A stretch of DNA of 63,420 nt, counting the filler, from Rhabdomonas costata (taxonomy: Eukaryota), in the NCBI GenBank assembly GCA_019059605.1. It is 52 parts of 52 records of this genome, joined end to end, with 100 filler letters (N's around TTAATTAATTAA, not from the genome) between each part and the next. Parts side by side here need not be neighbours in the genome. Positions count along the whole stretch, not along the records: positions 23,213 to 24,334 come from JAHMHO010027505.1; positions 24,435 to 25,556 come from JAHMHO010027506.1; positions 25,657 to 26,778 come from JAHMHO010027507.1; positions 26,879 to 27,998 come from JAHMHO010027508.1; positions 28,099 to 29,220 come from JAHMHO010027509.1; positions 29,321 to 30,442 come from JAHMHO010027510.1; positions 30,543 to 31,664 come from JAHMHO010027511.1; positions 31,765 to 32,886 come from JAHMHO010027512.1; 44 more parts are not named here. One strand, 5' to 3'. Positions 24,119 to 36,232 of the stretch are shown in pieces. Within the stretch, counting starts at the first letter, position 1. Each line of letters starts with the position of its first letter. The translations under genes were made by a program, and so were the position numbers. The notes beneath the pieces were generated by a model. It saw nothing but the letters and a program-made list of their open reading frames with translations. It was not told where the DNA came from and did not search any database.

Positions 24119-27100
24119 GTGGGAGCCTCCCTCCCCTCCCCCCAACCCGTTGACCGTGTGTGAGCCTCCATCCTTGGTTTTCACGGCGGACCGAGCCCAA
24201 TACTAAGTACGTCTGTGCTTGGGCATGCATTTCCCGATTGAACTCTTTCTTTTTTTTTCAGCCGAACGCAAAATTGGATGGGAACACCGACAAGAAAAGT
24301 ATATGATACCCTCGCGGTGTTCCCCAATTCTTCGNNNNNNNNNNNNNNNNNNNNNNNNNNNNNNNNNNNNNNNNNNNNTTAATTAATTAANNNNNNNNNN
24401 NNNNNNNNNNNNNNNNNNNNNNNNNNNNNNNNNNGTGTTGGTGTGTTTGGGTTTTGTGTGATGTGTGTTGAAGAAGAGGGTGCAGCGGTGAACGGAACGA
24501 CGGGGAGGAAAGTAGGCCTTGACAGCGACTGCAGATGAAATAGGAAATTGGAAAGGGGGCGCAGGCCGCTGAGCAGAGGTTAAAGGGTAGTGAATAAAGA
24601 ATAGAGAACCGCAAACAGATTCGCCCAGAAGGAATGCGTATATGAGGTGGTGAGGTGCAAGAGGGAGCCCAACGAACGCCTCAGACCAAGGGCATTTCAG
24701 GGAGTCCAGCGCCACGGGCCATAGCACGAAAATCACTCTGGTGAGAATAGTGGGACTGCCTCAAAGCGTGCGAAGTGTGCAGATTTCTTCAGCAGTGACT
24801 GCTAAATAAGAGTTGGCATGACGGCTGCAGCCTTTCCTCTCGGTTGCAGTTCTATGCCTGATGTCCTCGCTACTGCGGTAGTTTTCAGAACTACCGTGGT
24901 AATTTGTAAATCTTAGAGAACCCCAACGTAGTTGCCGGGTGCCTTACCCTAGCTTGACGGACCTGCTTCGACCGTGATTTCTTTGACCGACCTTGAACAA
25001 GAAAGAAAAACAAAAGTTTCTATCACGACAAGAAACGTTGCCCGGAGTGTTCGCAGACATCAAAGTATGAAGAGTAGATGAGATGAGATGACAACTACCA
25101 AGACAGCTTAAGCCTTGCAGAAAGGGAGGATGTCAGAAGATCCCCTCTGGTTGTTCACCGCTCAATATCATAGCACGCAGCACGAGAACAGGAAGATTCA
25201 TGTATGGAGGATCCACTTTAATAACAATTGTACCAAGATATGATACTGGGCGCATCATTCAAAAAGGTTTTGAATACGAACAATGGGCGTGGAGCTAGAA
25301 AGCGATAGGCGATATAAATGACACATGAATGAGCACGGCAATCGCTCGACCACATCATGGTGCCATCGAATCATTGGAGGTGCATGGGAGCCCTCCAGGG
25401 AAGCGAAGCTTCAAAACCCTTCATGCCCGTGCGCAGACGCACGGGCAGCTCTTAGGGAACAGGTGCCGTTCATCGTGCAAACCCACTTCTTTCTCGCTTT
25501 CTCGAAACCCCCAGCGAATGGCGCGCTGTTGGATCCGAGTTCCTCACCCCCCAACANNNNNNNNNNNNNNNNNNNNNNNNNNNNNNNNNNNNNNNNNNNN
25601 TTAATTAATTAANNNNNNNNNNNNNNNNNNNNNNNNNNNNNNNNNNNNNNNNNNNNCGGCCCAAAAACTAAATGGGAACATTTGCACGAGGGTGCCCTAG
25701 GTGCCATCTTAAACGGCATTTGCTGGGGATACAAGGTGCTTTCGAGCATTTACAAAATGACTACGTGGCAGATGCAGTGGATCCGGTAATGATAATGCTT
25801 TCTCGGGTTTTTTGGATGAGGAAGACCACACAGTTAAGAGGCCTGGGGTCTTTTGTAAACACAGCAGGCTTGCCGGTACGCTGCGTCCTTGGCCGGTCCT
25901 TGGGTTCAGGGTTTCCTGATCTTTCCCTCTTGCTTCTCACGCATCAAACTTCTGGAATTTCAGTAGCACTGCCACAGTGTGGGAACTCCCCAAAATGCTG
26001 GGAAGCCAAAGCTGCGCTCTCGGCTTCCCACGATCGGCAGAAACCGGGTGAAGTTCTGCATGTAACAGTATTGCACAATTTTGGAATTCCTGTTGCCTCT
26101 TGAGGAAGTGCAGTTTTCTCAACCCCAGGCAGATCTCTTCTTCAGTTCTCGTTTAAGGTGGTGTTCTGTTCGAAGCGCGAAAGCACCTCCGGGCCGAGCC
26201 ATGCTAACGGGCAGCATAATAAAAAATACACAAACCCTTTCAGTCTGCATTTTCCTTGAGCTGGGATGCAGAGCGAAACGCAGACAAAGAAAGCAAACAG
26301 TACACATCCATTGTCCGCATCTCCGAAATATGCACGCATCTGTGATGTGGAACAAGCATGACAAGTATGTCCTCATGCACACGCAAACCATCTCGCGGAA
26401 CCGGGGGTACCGGCGATCCATGAAGCCCTCCGGGTTGGGATGGAACGGCCGGAAGAACTCCACCATCAGCCGACGTTCTTCCGCGCAGAAGTACAAACAA
26501 GCAAACAAACAAACAAACAGTGCTACGTCAAAACAACTCAGTCGCCAAGAGAAGCTCAGGGTACAAGGGTAAGTGCGTTGTGCCCGCTCTGAGCACGCGG
26601 CTAGAGAAATATACGATACTCTTCGACTCTGTATAAACCAAAACACACAGAAATAACTGCATTCTGAACAATGGAAACACACCTCCAAACGAAAGAGTAT
26701 GATAAGAAACCGCCTCCTCGTTTGGAGGTGTGTTTCCATTGTTCAGAATGCAGTTATTTCTGTGTGTTCTGGTTTACGNNNNNNNNNNNNNNNNNNNNNN
26801 NNNNNNNNNNNNNNNNNNNNNNTTAATTAATTAANNNNNNNNNNNNNNNNNNNNNNNNNNNNNNNNNNNNNNNNNNNNGTGTTGGGTGTGGTTGGTTGGG
26901 TGGGGAGGACATACTACCATCATGCTTTCCAATCCAACATTGACCACATGGGGGCAGGGGGGGAGTCGAATTTTTGGTCAAAAATGCTCGAAAATGGGGC
27001 GAAACGACGCAAAATGAGCCAAAAACAGCAAAACAAAACAAAACAAAACAAAACAAGCCAAACCAAAACGAGCCAAAAATATGGTACAGGCATCACTGTC

Positions 27101-27359
27101 GGTGGAAGTGGAATATTTTCGCAACTGTGAGTAGGTGACGGTACAGTTCCGCCATGAGTGTGTAGGAAACTACCCAGGAGCGTGGCAGGGGCAGTTGCTG
27201 ACCACCTATCGACACCCTACTCTCAAATTTCCCTTTAAGCACGTTAATTTTACCGAAATATTACAGAGCGTTAGGGGCGCAATGATGGAGCCCCGATCCA
27301 CTGACGATGTGCGCATGGATGCGCGTGGAGAAAGCTAGGGAGAGAGAGAAACATTTCTG

Positions 27360-27665
27360 GCATAGGCGTAGGCCGCGGAGGCCGCGAGGTCGGCGGCGCT
27401 GCAGTGGCCTTGGCCTGAGGTCAGCAGCAGGAGGTGCCCAGGAAGGGAGTCCGCTGGGGAAAGGCCCTCTCCACCCGAGGAGCGGAGCGCCGCCACCCCT
27501 GCTCGGGCCGCCACAATCTCGGCCTTCCCTTCCAGGCCCCCCTCAGGAGGAGCCCCAGCCCTGTCACCTGCGGCCGCAGCCCAGGCTTCCCCAAAAGCCG
27601 CGAGCACTGCGGCCTTGGCGAAGCTGTTCCACGCCTGCACAGCAAGTTCAAGAAAGACGCAGGCA
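27360..27665 (-). CDS. Ala-rich hypothetical protein exon (3' boundary uncertain)
   Basis: TTTCAG acceptor followed by a GC-rich open frame ACVFLELAVQAWNSFAKAAVLAAFGEAW... Confidence 0.45.
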
Positions 27666-29320
27666 CTGAAAGCGCTGATCAAAAGAAAGACAGAGCTCCG
27701 TTCAGACAGGGCTCCGTTCTGTTCGTCGGTTGACCATACCTGAGTTTCAGCAGACGGGTGACCAGGAAAACAGGTGTCCAGGGGAGGATGACCAATCATT
27801 TCGTGACCATATAGCAAGTGGTGCATATAAGAGTTATCAGTTATCACGGCTGGGCGCTAGCAAAACTTGATTGCCTTGCCAGTTTCAGCAGTATCAGTAG
27901 GATAAGCAGCCGTCACCACCATCAGTGGTGGTCAAGTCACCTCACAGTCAACCCAGTATACAGCTGCAATTAAATGAAAGCACAGCGGCACAACCCACNN
28001 NNNNNNNNNNNNNNNNNNNNNNNNNNNNNNNNNNNNNNNNNNTTAATTAATTAANNNNNNNNNNNNNNNNNNNNNNNNNNNNNNNNNNNNNNNNNNNNTG
28101 GGTTGGGTTAGCATGCACCTACCATCACAGTGCGTAACGTGTCACCTTTAGACTCCTCCTGATGCAGGGTACGGTCAGCACTGTGATGGTAGGTGCATGC
28201 TAACCCTCCACTCAACAGTGCATCCGTACGGTGGTTGTTCTACGCGTATGTCTTACCTTCCAACAACGTAACGATAGAGGTGTGTACCCTATGCGTGTAG
28301 TGTGGAGTGCATACAACAGTAGCCTTAGCCCACTGCGTACGGTCACCTTACACATGGCCGAATCCTTCACCTCGACCCATGCGAGCGCCAGACTATGAGA
28401 GGCTGACATCCAGTGCCCAGTGTGAACCAGGGTAGACAGTCAGCTCACCTCCCACGCCATGATCGGGTGCAGCGGTAGGGTTTGAGTGACGTTGCATCAC
28501 CGGTCACCTTACGCCTAACCTCATCATGGGGCTGGTGTACGCTATAGCCTAGCATCCATCACTAGGTCTTTCATCTGACGCCCAGATACGCCAGGTATCT
28601 CATTGCTGCTCCTACGCCTACGTATGGTCAGCCTAACACGTGGTACCAGCATCGCTGAGTTACATCGCGGATCGAGCGCCTTGGTTCAACTTCACCTCAT
28701 GCGTCCATGGGTCACTGACCTCGTGAGCATCGTCGTTGTTGTCATCGTGTATGAGTGTAATGTAGCTACAATGATCGTTTCGACCGTACGTGATCAAGCT
28801 TCGGACCACATCCTTATCGAGTCATCGTCGTCTCATTCGTCACCTTCACCGTATCCTGCACTTGGAGCTCTATCTCGTTCGTCATGCACGCTTTTCGCAC
28901 AAGACCGACCGTAATCCCTACTAGAGATCCCGAAGGACTTCCTTGAACCCGAAACCAAAGACCGAAGGCAGAAACCCGAAGGCAGAAACCCGACTCACCA
29001 ACATCCTCGACTTGCAGACACTAAAGGCAAACATCCAAACTCAGAACCCAAAAACCTGACCCTCGAATTCCAGACCCCCATACCCAGAATGCCAAGACCA
29101 CGTAAGATAGACCTAAGGGTACCCGGTACCCACATGCTCCCTACCCCTACCCTACCCACCTAGGGGCCCAGGATACGCAGATGCCAAGACCACGAACATC
29201 CCATCCCCAGATACACCCCCNNNNNNNNNNNNNNNNNNNNNNNNNNNNNNNNNNNNNNNNNNNNTTAATTAATTAANNNNNNNNNNNNNNNNNNNNNNNN
29301 NNNNNNNNNNNNNNNNNNNN

Positions 29321-29418
29321 GGGTGGGTGGTGCAGTAGCCCACCCTCAGCTTCGCTGGGCTGCGGTAGAGCTCCTCTTGCCACGGCACCGGGGGCACTGT
29401 TGGATCGGTTTGCCGCAC
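29321..29418 (-). CDS. Amidase-signature (FAAH-like) enzyme exon 2
   Basis: DPTVPPVPWQEELYRSPAKLRVGY resembles the FAAH segment DPTVPPxP...LRVGY. In frame with exon 1. Confidence 0.85.
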
Positions 29419-29841
29419 CTGAGCACATGGTGGGTGGGTGGGTGGTTTCCTAACATTCACACCTCACACTTCAACGACAAAATGTTTCGTTAATTTATTT
29501 TTCTGGTCGCTGTTTTCTGCCTTTCTACTTTCCTCATCACTCCGTTCCCCAAATCCATCAAAGCCTTGTGCGAATGCTTTTTCCCCTGTCATAATTATGG
29601 CATCGCTATCTTGAGCCTTCGGCGCACATCAGCGGAATAGGAGCATCCCCAAAATGGAGAGTAATCACTGAATACTCATGGTAACTACAAATAATTACTG
29701 AAAAGCTGAAAATTTAGCAAAAAAAAAATTTTCCAAATCTCGTGTAAGTGGGAAATATTTCCACCAACACCACCTTGGTGGTCTTGAGCGAAGAAATACA
29801 GAGAGTGAGTGAAAGAGGTAGAGAACGAGAGAGAGAGAGAC

Positions 29842-29963
29842 CTTCTCCTGGCACCACAGGGACATCACCAGGGCCAGGTCGTCCACGCACCGCGCCAAAG
29901 GCCCGGCGCAGGGGCGGATGGCCTCCTGCCCGGAAACCCCGTGGGGCCGCGGCACGGTGAGCC
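29842..29963 (-). CDS. Amidase-signature (FAAH-like) enzyme exon 1
   Basis: GQEAIRPCAGPLARCVDDLALVM carries the amidase GP(M/L)ARxVxDL motif. AG/GT bounded. Confidence 0.88.
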
Positions 29964-30542
29964 CTAAGGTAAGTGCGTGAACATGTTTCGAAGAGGGACG
30001 AGAGGTGCCACCATTTACCAATACCTGGGATGACGACATAGTCTGCATTTAGATGGCGATTCACTGTGGGGTTGCGGTAGTGCAAGAAAAACTACCCGCG
30101 GCAACTTAAACATTTGAGATGTACTCAACAGGAGGTGTTTTATCTTTTCTCCTGCAAGCGATAAAAGTAAAAAAAAAGTGCGGTGGAATTTCTGTCTCCT
30201 TTGGATATTATTGCGGTTTAGAAACATGGTTGTTGGCTCCAACTACCTTGGCAACGGCGCCCTGAAAAGTCGACGATATAATGACATGTTTTCTCTCGTT
30301 GCGCGGGAATTTATGGGGTATGCCACCATCCACCAGTACGTGGGATTGAGTCAGAGGGCAACTCCCCTCCAGTCAGAGGGCAGCTCCCCTCCAGTCAGAG
30401 GGCAACTCACGTACTGGTGGATGGTGGCATACCCCACAAACCNNNNNNNNNNNNNNNNNNNNNNNNNNNNNNNNNNNNNNNNNNNNTTAATTAATTAANN
30501 NNNNNNNNNNNNNNNNNNNNNNNNNNNNNNNNNNNNNNNNNN

Positions 30543-31300
30543 GTGGTTTTGGCACAGATGGTGTCCTTCTTCCAGCAGATGGAGCAACAGCAGCGTGCGA
30601 ATCATCAGCTGACGCAAGAGTTACTGCAGAGGGTGATTGGAGGATTGCCGAGGAGTTCCTCTGCACCAGCACCAGCTGCGGCAGCCGGACAGACAGACCA
30701 AATTGGAGGCGTGTTGCGGAAGCTTCAATAAAAAGACCCGGAGTTCCCAAAATACGACGGGAACGCAGCCAATTTCTTGCCTTGGTTGATTAGCGTCGAA
30801 GAGCTAAAAGATGTCCGGAGGTTGCCAGATCAAGTTGATATAGTTTACGCCACGGGAGTACTTGGCTCCTTTGCAAGAGGTATAGTGGCGCCAGGTCAGA
30901 CCTTTGTGGACTGGAAAGATTTTGTGGAAACGCTAAAGAAATGTCTGTGTCCTCAGACTTGGGATTACAACGTATTGTGGAGAATGGAACAGCTAAAGAT
31001 GACGGACGGGAAGTTCTACTACCAGCAGTTTGTGACGGTAATCAACCTGCTAAAGGGCACAATGTTTGACAACGAGCCGTTGCAGCACTATTTGTTAGTT
31101 CGAGGCCTGGAAGGAGATATACAAGCTAAAGTGATGTCCAAGCACCCGCGGACGCTGCACGAGGCCATAAAATTAGCGTTGGAGTATTTTCGGAAACCAA
31201 GACCCCCGCCTCAAGTTATATTGTCAGTTCCGGAAGCTCAGCTACACAGGACTGTCGCAGCGGGTGGCTCTTCTATGGATTTAGATGCTATACGCTACGG
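30543..31300 (+). mobile_element. gag: Ty3/Gypsy LTR-retrotransposon gag with a premature stop
   Basis: PEFPKYDG..FLPWL, WKDFVETLK, RMEQLKM, VRGLEGDIQ..V...PRTLHEAIKLA and MDLD. An in-frame TAA at 30729-30731 splits two same-frame ORFs. Confidence 0.85.
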
Positions 31301-31764
31301 ATATACCCCGTTTTCTGGAAGCACAGCGTTTCTTACTTCGGGAGATAAAGATGACTCGGTAAATGTGCCCCACCGACCTGTGTTCGTAGTGGGGTCAAGT
31401 TCAGAGACTGTGAGCCGGAGTGCTGGATTGTTTGCGGTGTCAGCCCCACCAACTTTGGCGGCCACAGTCCCAGCAAGAACGGTAATGTTTACCGCCCCAC
31501 TGAGATGCAGGTGAACGCAACTCGAACCACCTCGCCAGAGAGGAGACCGACGTTTGGTAGGGGGGAGGATCATTTCGTGGTGGAAGAGGATATATGGGGA
31601 GAGGTCGAGGATATAGGCCCCCTTCTCCAGCGAGAAGTGGAAGGCCGCGGATCCCAACCCACACNNNNNNNNNNNNNNNNNNNNNNNNNNNNNNNNNNNN
31701 NNNNNNNNTTAATTAATTAANNNNNNNNNNNNNNNNNNNNNNNNNNNNNNNNNNNNNNNNNNNN

Positions 31765-32216
31765 GGGTGGGTGGTGAAGCTGACTGGGGAGTACGACCGC
31801 CTCCAGAAGGCCAAGGAGGCGTTCAAGAAGAAGCCCTCGTCCAGCTCGAAGCCGAAAGTCCTCAAGACTGTTGTGTATGTGAAGCGGGGATCTGCAGCTG
31901 GGTCCTCTGCTTCGGGTGCGGCCGCATCCTCATCGGCCTCTGCACGGTCCCCTTCTCCTCCTCCGTGGGACGCCGCCCCGTGCGCCGCAGCAGAGAGCGT
32001 TGGGGGCACCGCCGGAGCGGTTGCGGCTTCTTCTGTTCCCTGCAATACGGCTGCGCCTACAGCGTGGGGTGGGTGTGACTCATCATCAGCCACCGTACCC
32101 GTGCCGGTGCCACCGTTTTCCGGTGTCTTTGCTGATGGGCGTGTGATTTCCTCTGGGCTGGCAGAGAGCGGGCAGCTCGCTGGGAGAAGGCCGACATCCC
32201 CGCGGTCATCTGGAAG
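31765..32216 (+). CDS. Low-complexity Ala/Ser-rich exon
   Basis: Open from the contig start to an AG|GTAG donor; phase-compatible with the RS exon at 32710. Confidence 0.55.
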
Positions 32217-32709
32217 GTAGTCCAGTGAAGGAATAGTTTTTTTTACATCTGGATTGGGCCAATGTTTTCAATGTGAGTGAAATGTCTTTGTGCTTTTTTA
32301 GCGTGAGTGAGAATGCCGAACACAAATCCTACAAATCCTTTCTTTGGGCAGCAGGAACAAGAGAAAAAAAGGGGGAAACAGGAGGAATAAACCTTCGAGG
32401 CTTTAGTGCACTGGTGGTATGCATGCTGGTGGAAATTGGGAGACTCCCCGGATGTGGCGATGGTCACCTCGGCCGGATGTGGCGATGGTCACTCTCCAGC
32501 TTGAATATTGAATCACTCTCCAGCTTGAATTCATTAAACCACAACCACATCTCATCGATCGTTGCGTCCTGTTGTGCGTCGCTGCGTTGAGATCCCTCAG
32601 TTGCTCACTAGATTGGGATTCTCATCTTCATATTGAGCCAGGGCATCACTGCGCTGCTCAAAACGACGACAGGCACGTTTTCGGAGAACTGTCCATGTGA
32701 CTGTCGTAG

Positions 32710-32886
32710 GGACCGCCGCTCCTCGCGGGACGGCTCACACTCGCAGTCCCGGAGGCGGTCTCGTTCCCGGTCTCGGTCCCGATCAAGATCGGGAGCCCAT
32801 CGGAAGTCCGCTCAAAGCCCACAGCGGGGCCACAAGCGGCAGCGCTCCGCACACTCCGCATCCCACACCCCCCAAACACACCCCAC
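32710..32886 (+). CDS. RS-rich exon
   Basis: TAG acceptor, then RDRRSSRDGSHSQSRRRSRSRSRSRS. Confidence 0.6.
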
Positions 32887-33881
32887 NNNNNNNNNNNNNN
32901 NNNNNNNNNNNNNNNNNNNNNNNNNNNNNNTTAATTAATTAANNNNNNNNNNNNNNNNNNNNNNNNNNNNNNNNNNNNNNNNNNNNGGTGGTGTGGTTAG
33001 CATCTCACAACCGAGAGCCAGCTCTATTTCGATTCATGAGACGCGGATTTTGCTTGCATGTTTGTTTCGAGGTAATTATGGCAGTTGTGATACGTTTGAC
33101 GTTTGGCGCGTCTCTTTCCCTTTTTGCGCTGCGAAGAAGCGGTTCTGGATCAGTACTCGCCCCTTACCCATGCCGAGTTACGAGTCCTTCGCCAGGAATG
33201 TATTGGCCCCAGGTGAGTCTGTGTGCTCTTGCGATTGTGCGTATTGGCATTGTTGTGATTCATTGGTTCTGTGTGGCTGGCATATTAGGAAACTTATGAA
33301 AGCACGAAAGTTTGAGCAGGATTTTTTTACGTGTTTTTGCGGTGCGGTGCATTTTTTGGGTGGGACAGCGTTACACGTTAAACAGTTAGGTAAGGAACCA
33401 GGAATGTTGAATGGCGGTGCCTCTCATTAATATTTCTGACGTTTCAGAGGACAGACTTTGGGAGGACTTCGGCGATTTTGCCCGGGAAGGGCGATGAACG
33501 GTTCCCAGGATACCGCAGTTTAATGTGGGAGTTGTTTTAGCGGTGAAGGGGTGGTCAGAGCGGGCGGCTGAGACCGGGACGTTGCGTAGGTGGCGTGGAG
33601 TGGTGGTTTCGTGGACTTGCGCACCAAAAGCTGTATTGTACCCAGGCAGCATGCTGTTAGTTAGTTATTATTTTTGTTACACACAAACAGTTCACTGACT
33701 TTCACTTCTTTTTGCGTGTTCTTTGCTTTACCCTGCGCATTCCCACACCTGAGCAACCAGTCACCTGCTTTTCTGACAACAGGACTGCGGAAAACCAGCC
33801 CTTAATGCTCTCCTTCAACCGATGCCTCCCAGCGCTCTCTGGGAACCCCACACCGATCTTCTCCCCTCTGCTGGTGCCCAG

Positions 33882-34108
33882 CCAGCTTGTCCACCTCGCC
33901 GTCTTTGTGCACCCTTCGGCCGCCCAGCCGCTGACCGAGATCCCTCCCTACCGGCTCCGCTCGAAGCACTTTTTTGATGCCTTCACCAACCTCTCCGCTG
34001 CGGGCAGCGGAGGCTTCGGTGGGGGCTTCGGGAGTGTCCTTCGGAAAACTTCCTACACCGGCTCGATGAAGGGCCTCCGCAACGACCAGACCCTGTTTGC
34101 GATGTTTC
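33882..34108 (+). CDS. Hypothetical protein exon
   Basis: Pyrimidine tract and CAG, then a GC3-rich frame QLVHLAVFVHP...LRNDQTLFAMF to the contig end. Confidence 0.5.
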
Positions 34109-34208
34109 NNNNNNNNNNNNNNNNNNNNNNNNNNNNNNNNNNNNNNNNNNNNTTAATTAATTAANNNNNNNNNNNNNNNNNNNNNNNNNNNNNNNNNNNN
34201 NNNNNNNN

Positions 34209-35330
34209 TCCAGCATCATTTACGACATGGACGCCAAGTTAACTAGCGCATTCTGGAAGGAGCTGTGCAACATGATGGATATCAAGCAGCGCATGACTTC
34301 CACATTCCATCCGCAGGCGAATGGTGCCGCGGAAATAACAAAACAGACAATGAAACAGGTTCTGCTGACGCCAAAGTGCAGGAAGTCAGGGATGGTAGTA
34401 TGCAGTTGTTGAAATAGCCATCAACAACGTCCATATCGGAGGCACAGATCTCAGCTAATACATTTTGATTTGCTTAAGTCGCTCCTTCTCCCAGCACCAT
34501 TTCTCATTCACCACAACATCAAGAAGCCCTTCCTCTTACAAACATACGCCACAATGTCGCAGTTGAATTTGGTATATTGGTACCTGGTAGCCTGCCGCTC
34601 GAGGAATCTAAACAAGGCGCTTATATACATGGCAAAACTAACACTGCAGCTGACGCGTTGTACCTCAGCCATCTGTTGCGTGACGAAGATTCCAGTTGTC
34701 CAGAGAACACCGCGCTGAGAACGACCGCTCCTTCTCATGAGTCTGTGGTTTCAGGTTGTGTTGTTCACATGAAGTAGATCAACCTACTTGGATCGTTAAC
34801 CGCTTCTGTACACACTGAACCACTGCTGGGTTTGGACACTCCGTCACATCAGTCGGAGTCGGCTGCTCCATCTCCAGTTTTGTCCTCAAAAATCAATTGC
34901 ACTGTATTACTGGTGAGGAGAAGGTACCTAATTGGACATCTACGGAGGCTCGTAAGCCGTAAATAGGCCAAGTCACAACATTATCTTTCACTATGCCACA
35001 TGGAACAATTGTAGATGACCATGAGGCAGTGGAAGTCCTTTTTCTTGGACTGGAATAACCTGCCATCGCACAGGAGCAGATACTTAATCATATTCTGACG
35101 GTCACGTACCGTGCTTCAAAGCATGTGATCTTGGGACACAGTCAAGGCAATCCAAGTGGCAGAGCGTTTTTTGAACAATGTGGTGGGCTACATGTGATTG
35201 CCCTCCAGCATCATTTACGACATGGACGCCAAGTTAACTAGCGCATTCTGGAAGGAGCTGTGCAACATGATGGATATCAAGCAGCGCATGACTTCCACAT
35301 TCCATCCGCAGGCGAATGGTGCCGCGGAAA
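34209..35330 (+). mobile_element. pol: Degenerate Ty3/Gypsy pol relic (RNase H remnants plus integrase core)
   Basis: LPSSIIYDMDAKLTSAFWKELC...TSTFHPQANGAAE is an rve core. KPFLLQT and YIHGKTNTAADAL are RNase H motifs. Many stops and frameshifts. Confidence 0.88.
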
Positions 35331-36049
35331 NNNNNNNNNNNNNNNNNNNNNNNNNNNNNNNNNNNNNNNNNNNNTTAATTAATTAANNNNNNNNNNNNNN
35401 NNNNNNNNNNNNNNNNNNNNNNNNNNNNNNGTGGGGGTTGTCACCGGCAGCCTGCGCTGCCATCCGGGTTGATGAAGGCCATGTGTGGTACCAGCAGGTG
35501 GATAGCTTCAGCTTTCAAATGTCTCCAGCTTTTTCGCGCGAGTCAAATGCTGAGCTTAATTTGCTCGTTCTTTTGCATCCTTGCGTGAGGTTTTCAGCTC
35601 CTTAGATTTTTACCATTACGTGTCTCAACGTATTTGAATTCTTCCCCTTTGATTGAACTGGGTGCCGAAACCTTGCGAATGTGTTTTCCCGGGTTCCTTT
35701 TGCAGCTTTAGGTCTTGTGTGCCCTGTCTTGCTTTGCGCTGCAACCCCTGCAACCCCTGAGCTCGCGCGCTCATTAGAGCCAAAGACTGGCCATGTCGGT
35801 CCGGTCTCCTTTTTTTTGAGGGGGGGGGGGAAGCGGTATAACTCCGTTGTATGGTGTCACGCCGTTATACTGTACAGTAAGGTATAGTCTCTTTGTTTTT
35901 TCAAAATGGCCAACCCATCATAGGGGTGCTTCTCCCTCTTTTTCATCTTTTGTTGTTGGTGGTGAGCTAAAGGGTGAGAGGGCCCTCGCCGAGCACACCC
36001 ATTCAATGCTCTCATTTGGACAGTTCTCACAAATGAAGTGAAGCGGACA

Positions 36050-36232
36050 ATATGACGCCGTTATGCGGTATAACACAGTTGTTCTGAACGCTGTTGTGTG
36101 GTATAGCGGCGTTATATGGAATATCACCGCTCTGTGGTATAACGCCGTTATACGGTTTGTTGCCGTTATGCGGTATAACGCCGCAATACGGTATAACGAG
36201 TGTTATACGGTACAACGGTGTTACACGGTCAT
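36050..36232. repeat. Degenerate ~18-nt minisatellite (consensus about GCCGTTATRCGGTATAAC)
   Basis: About 10 diverged units, plus a few related units at about 35835-35886. Confidence 0.8.
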
